In this document: positions 15,790 to 16,342 of the stretch, piece after piece
Layout of the letters: each line of letters opens with the position of its first letter
Position numbering within the stretch: the first letter of the stretch is position 1
Assembly (NCBI GenBank): GCA_048939465.1
Contig: JBHLPL010000038.1
Location: forward strand, 1-16,342
Length of the DNA stretch: 16,342 nt
Direction of reading: 5' to 3'
From: Promethearchaeota archaeon
Lineage (GTDB): Archaea > Asgardarchaeota > Odinarchaeia > Odinarchaeales > JBHLKK01
Translations under genes and position numbers: made by a program
The notes under the pieces: model-generated
Database searches by the model: none
What the model was told of the DNA's origin: nothing
Seen by the model: only the letters and a program-made list of their open reading frames with translations

Positions 15790-16342
15790 TTAAGAATCTC
15801 CGCAATAATTATTAAGATTCAGAAGTGTTTTCTTAAAACTAATTTCCAGAAAACAATCAGCAGACGATATGGAAAAACTTTCTGATAGCATAGGTAAATC
15901 GACTTATAATTGTTGTGTTTCAACTATGATCTCCTCAAAAAGAAGTCGATAATATTATAACCATCAGAAAATCAACAATTACCTGAATTTTCCTCAGGCA
16001 AGGAATATTAATCGTAATCTCACGTCCTGGAAATCTTGTTCTGTGGTATTCTAATGATTCAGTAGTCACAAACCTTTGACTCTTTTACAGTTAGGTGATC
16101 CATCCACGTTATTGGCATTCTGAAGTAAACTTTGATTTCTTAGTGAGTGATGGGATGAAGTACGATTTCCTGATCCACAGTCAACTATGCATTTATGTTT
16201 ATTAGCGTCCAAAATTGTCAGCATATCATTCCATAAGCATCATTCAGTAAGTTCGGAAAGAACAGCCAGTAATTAGCTGTACATTTGATACTTTTATCTT
16301 GCATCTTTCTCCAGGTTATGAGTGATTAACGCTAAAAAAAGA

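Noticed and set aside
15898-15950. 8-bp inverted repeat ATCGACTT/AAGTCGAT upstream of the radical SAM gene
   Set aside because: Short, with no target-site duplication or transposase; cannot be distinguished from chance or a generic operator.
16063-16224. ~52-aa minus-strand frame containing IVDCGSG
   Set aside because: Short, with no further motifs; not enough to call a pseudogene.
1-16342. CRISPR array, tRNA, rRNA, IS element
   Set aside because: No regularly spaced repeats, cloverleaf, rRNA-like tract, transposase ORF or terminal inverted repeats were seen on reading.

Overview
Archaeal-looking chromosomal window, judged from GGTGA/GGAG ribosome-binding sites, TATA/BRE-like promoters and the gene families present; finer taxonomy cannot be fixed from the sequence. 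Left part (minus strand, 1-5512): a form III-type RuBisCO large subunit with all core catalytic motifs intact overlaps an FGGY sugar kinase of the D-ribulokinase-like type. These are followed by a short SerA-like 2-hydroxyacid dehydrogenase, a DUF2848 protein and an LDH-like malate dehydrogenase that runs off the window edge and is missing from the ORF track. No AMP phosphorylase, R15P isomerase or phosphoribulokinase is present, so this may be a non-canonical sugar-to-RuBP-to-3-PGA route. Divergent from the RuBisCO promoter is a ~250-nt non-coding segment with many nested long-range helices that resembles group IIC intron domain I. Next is a DUF1848 gene (C-terminal CxxxCxxC). Centre: an orphan peptide/nickel-type ABC permease module (dppB-dppB-dppC), in which dppB was duplicated together with its promoter and candidate operators. 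Right part: a polyprenol/dolichol-kinase-like membrane protein, a small protein with three novel ~46-aa helical repeats, a hypothetical gene coupled to a 2TM-plus-tandem-RCK channel-like protein lacking the K+ filter signature, a metallophosphoesterase, and a radical SAM gene in an AT-rich tail. No rRNA, tRNA, CRISPR array or intact transposase was seen.
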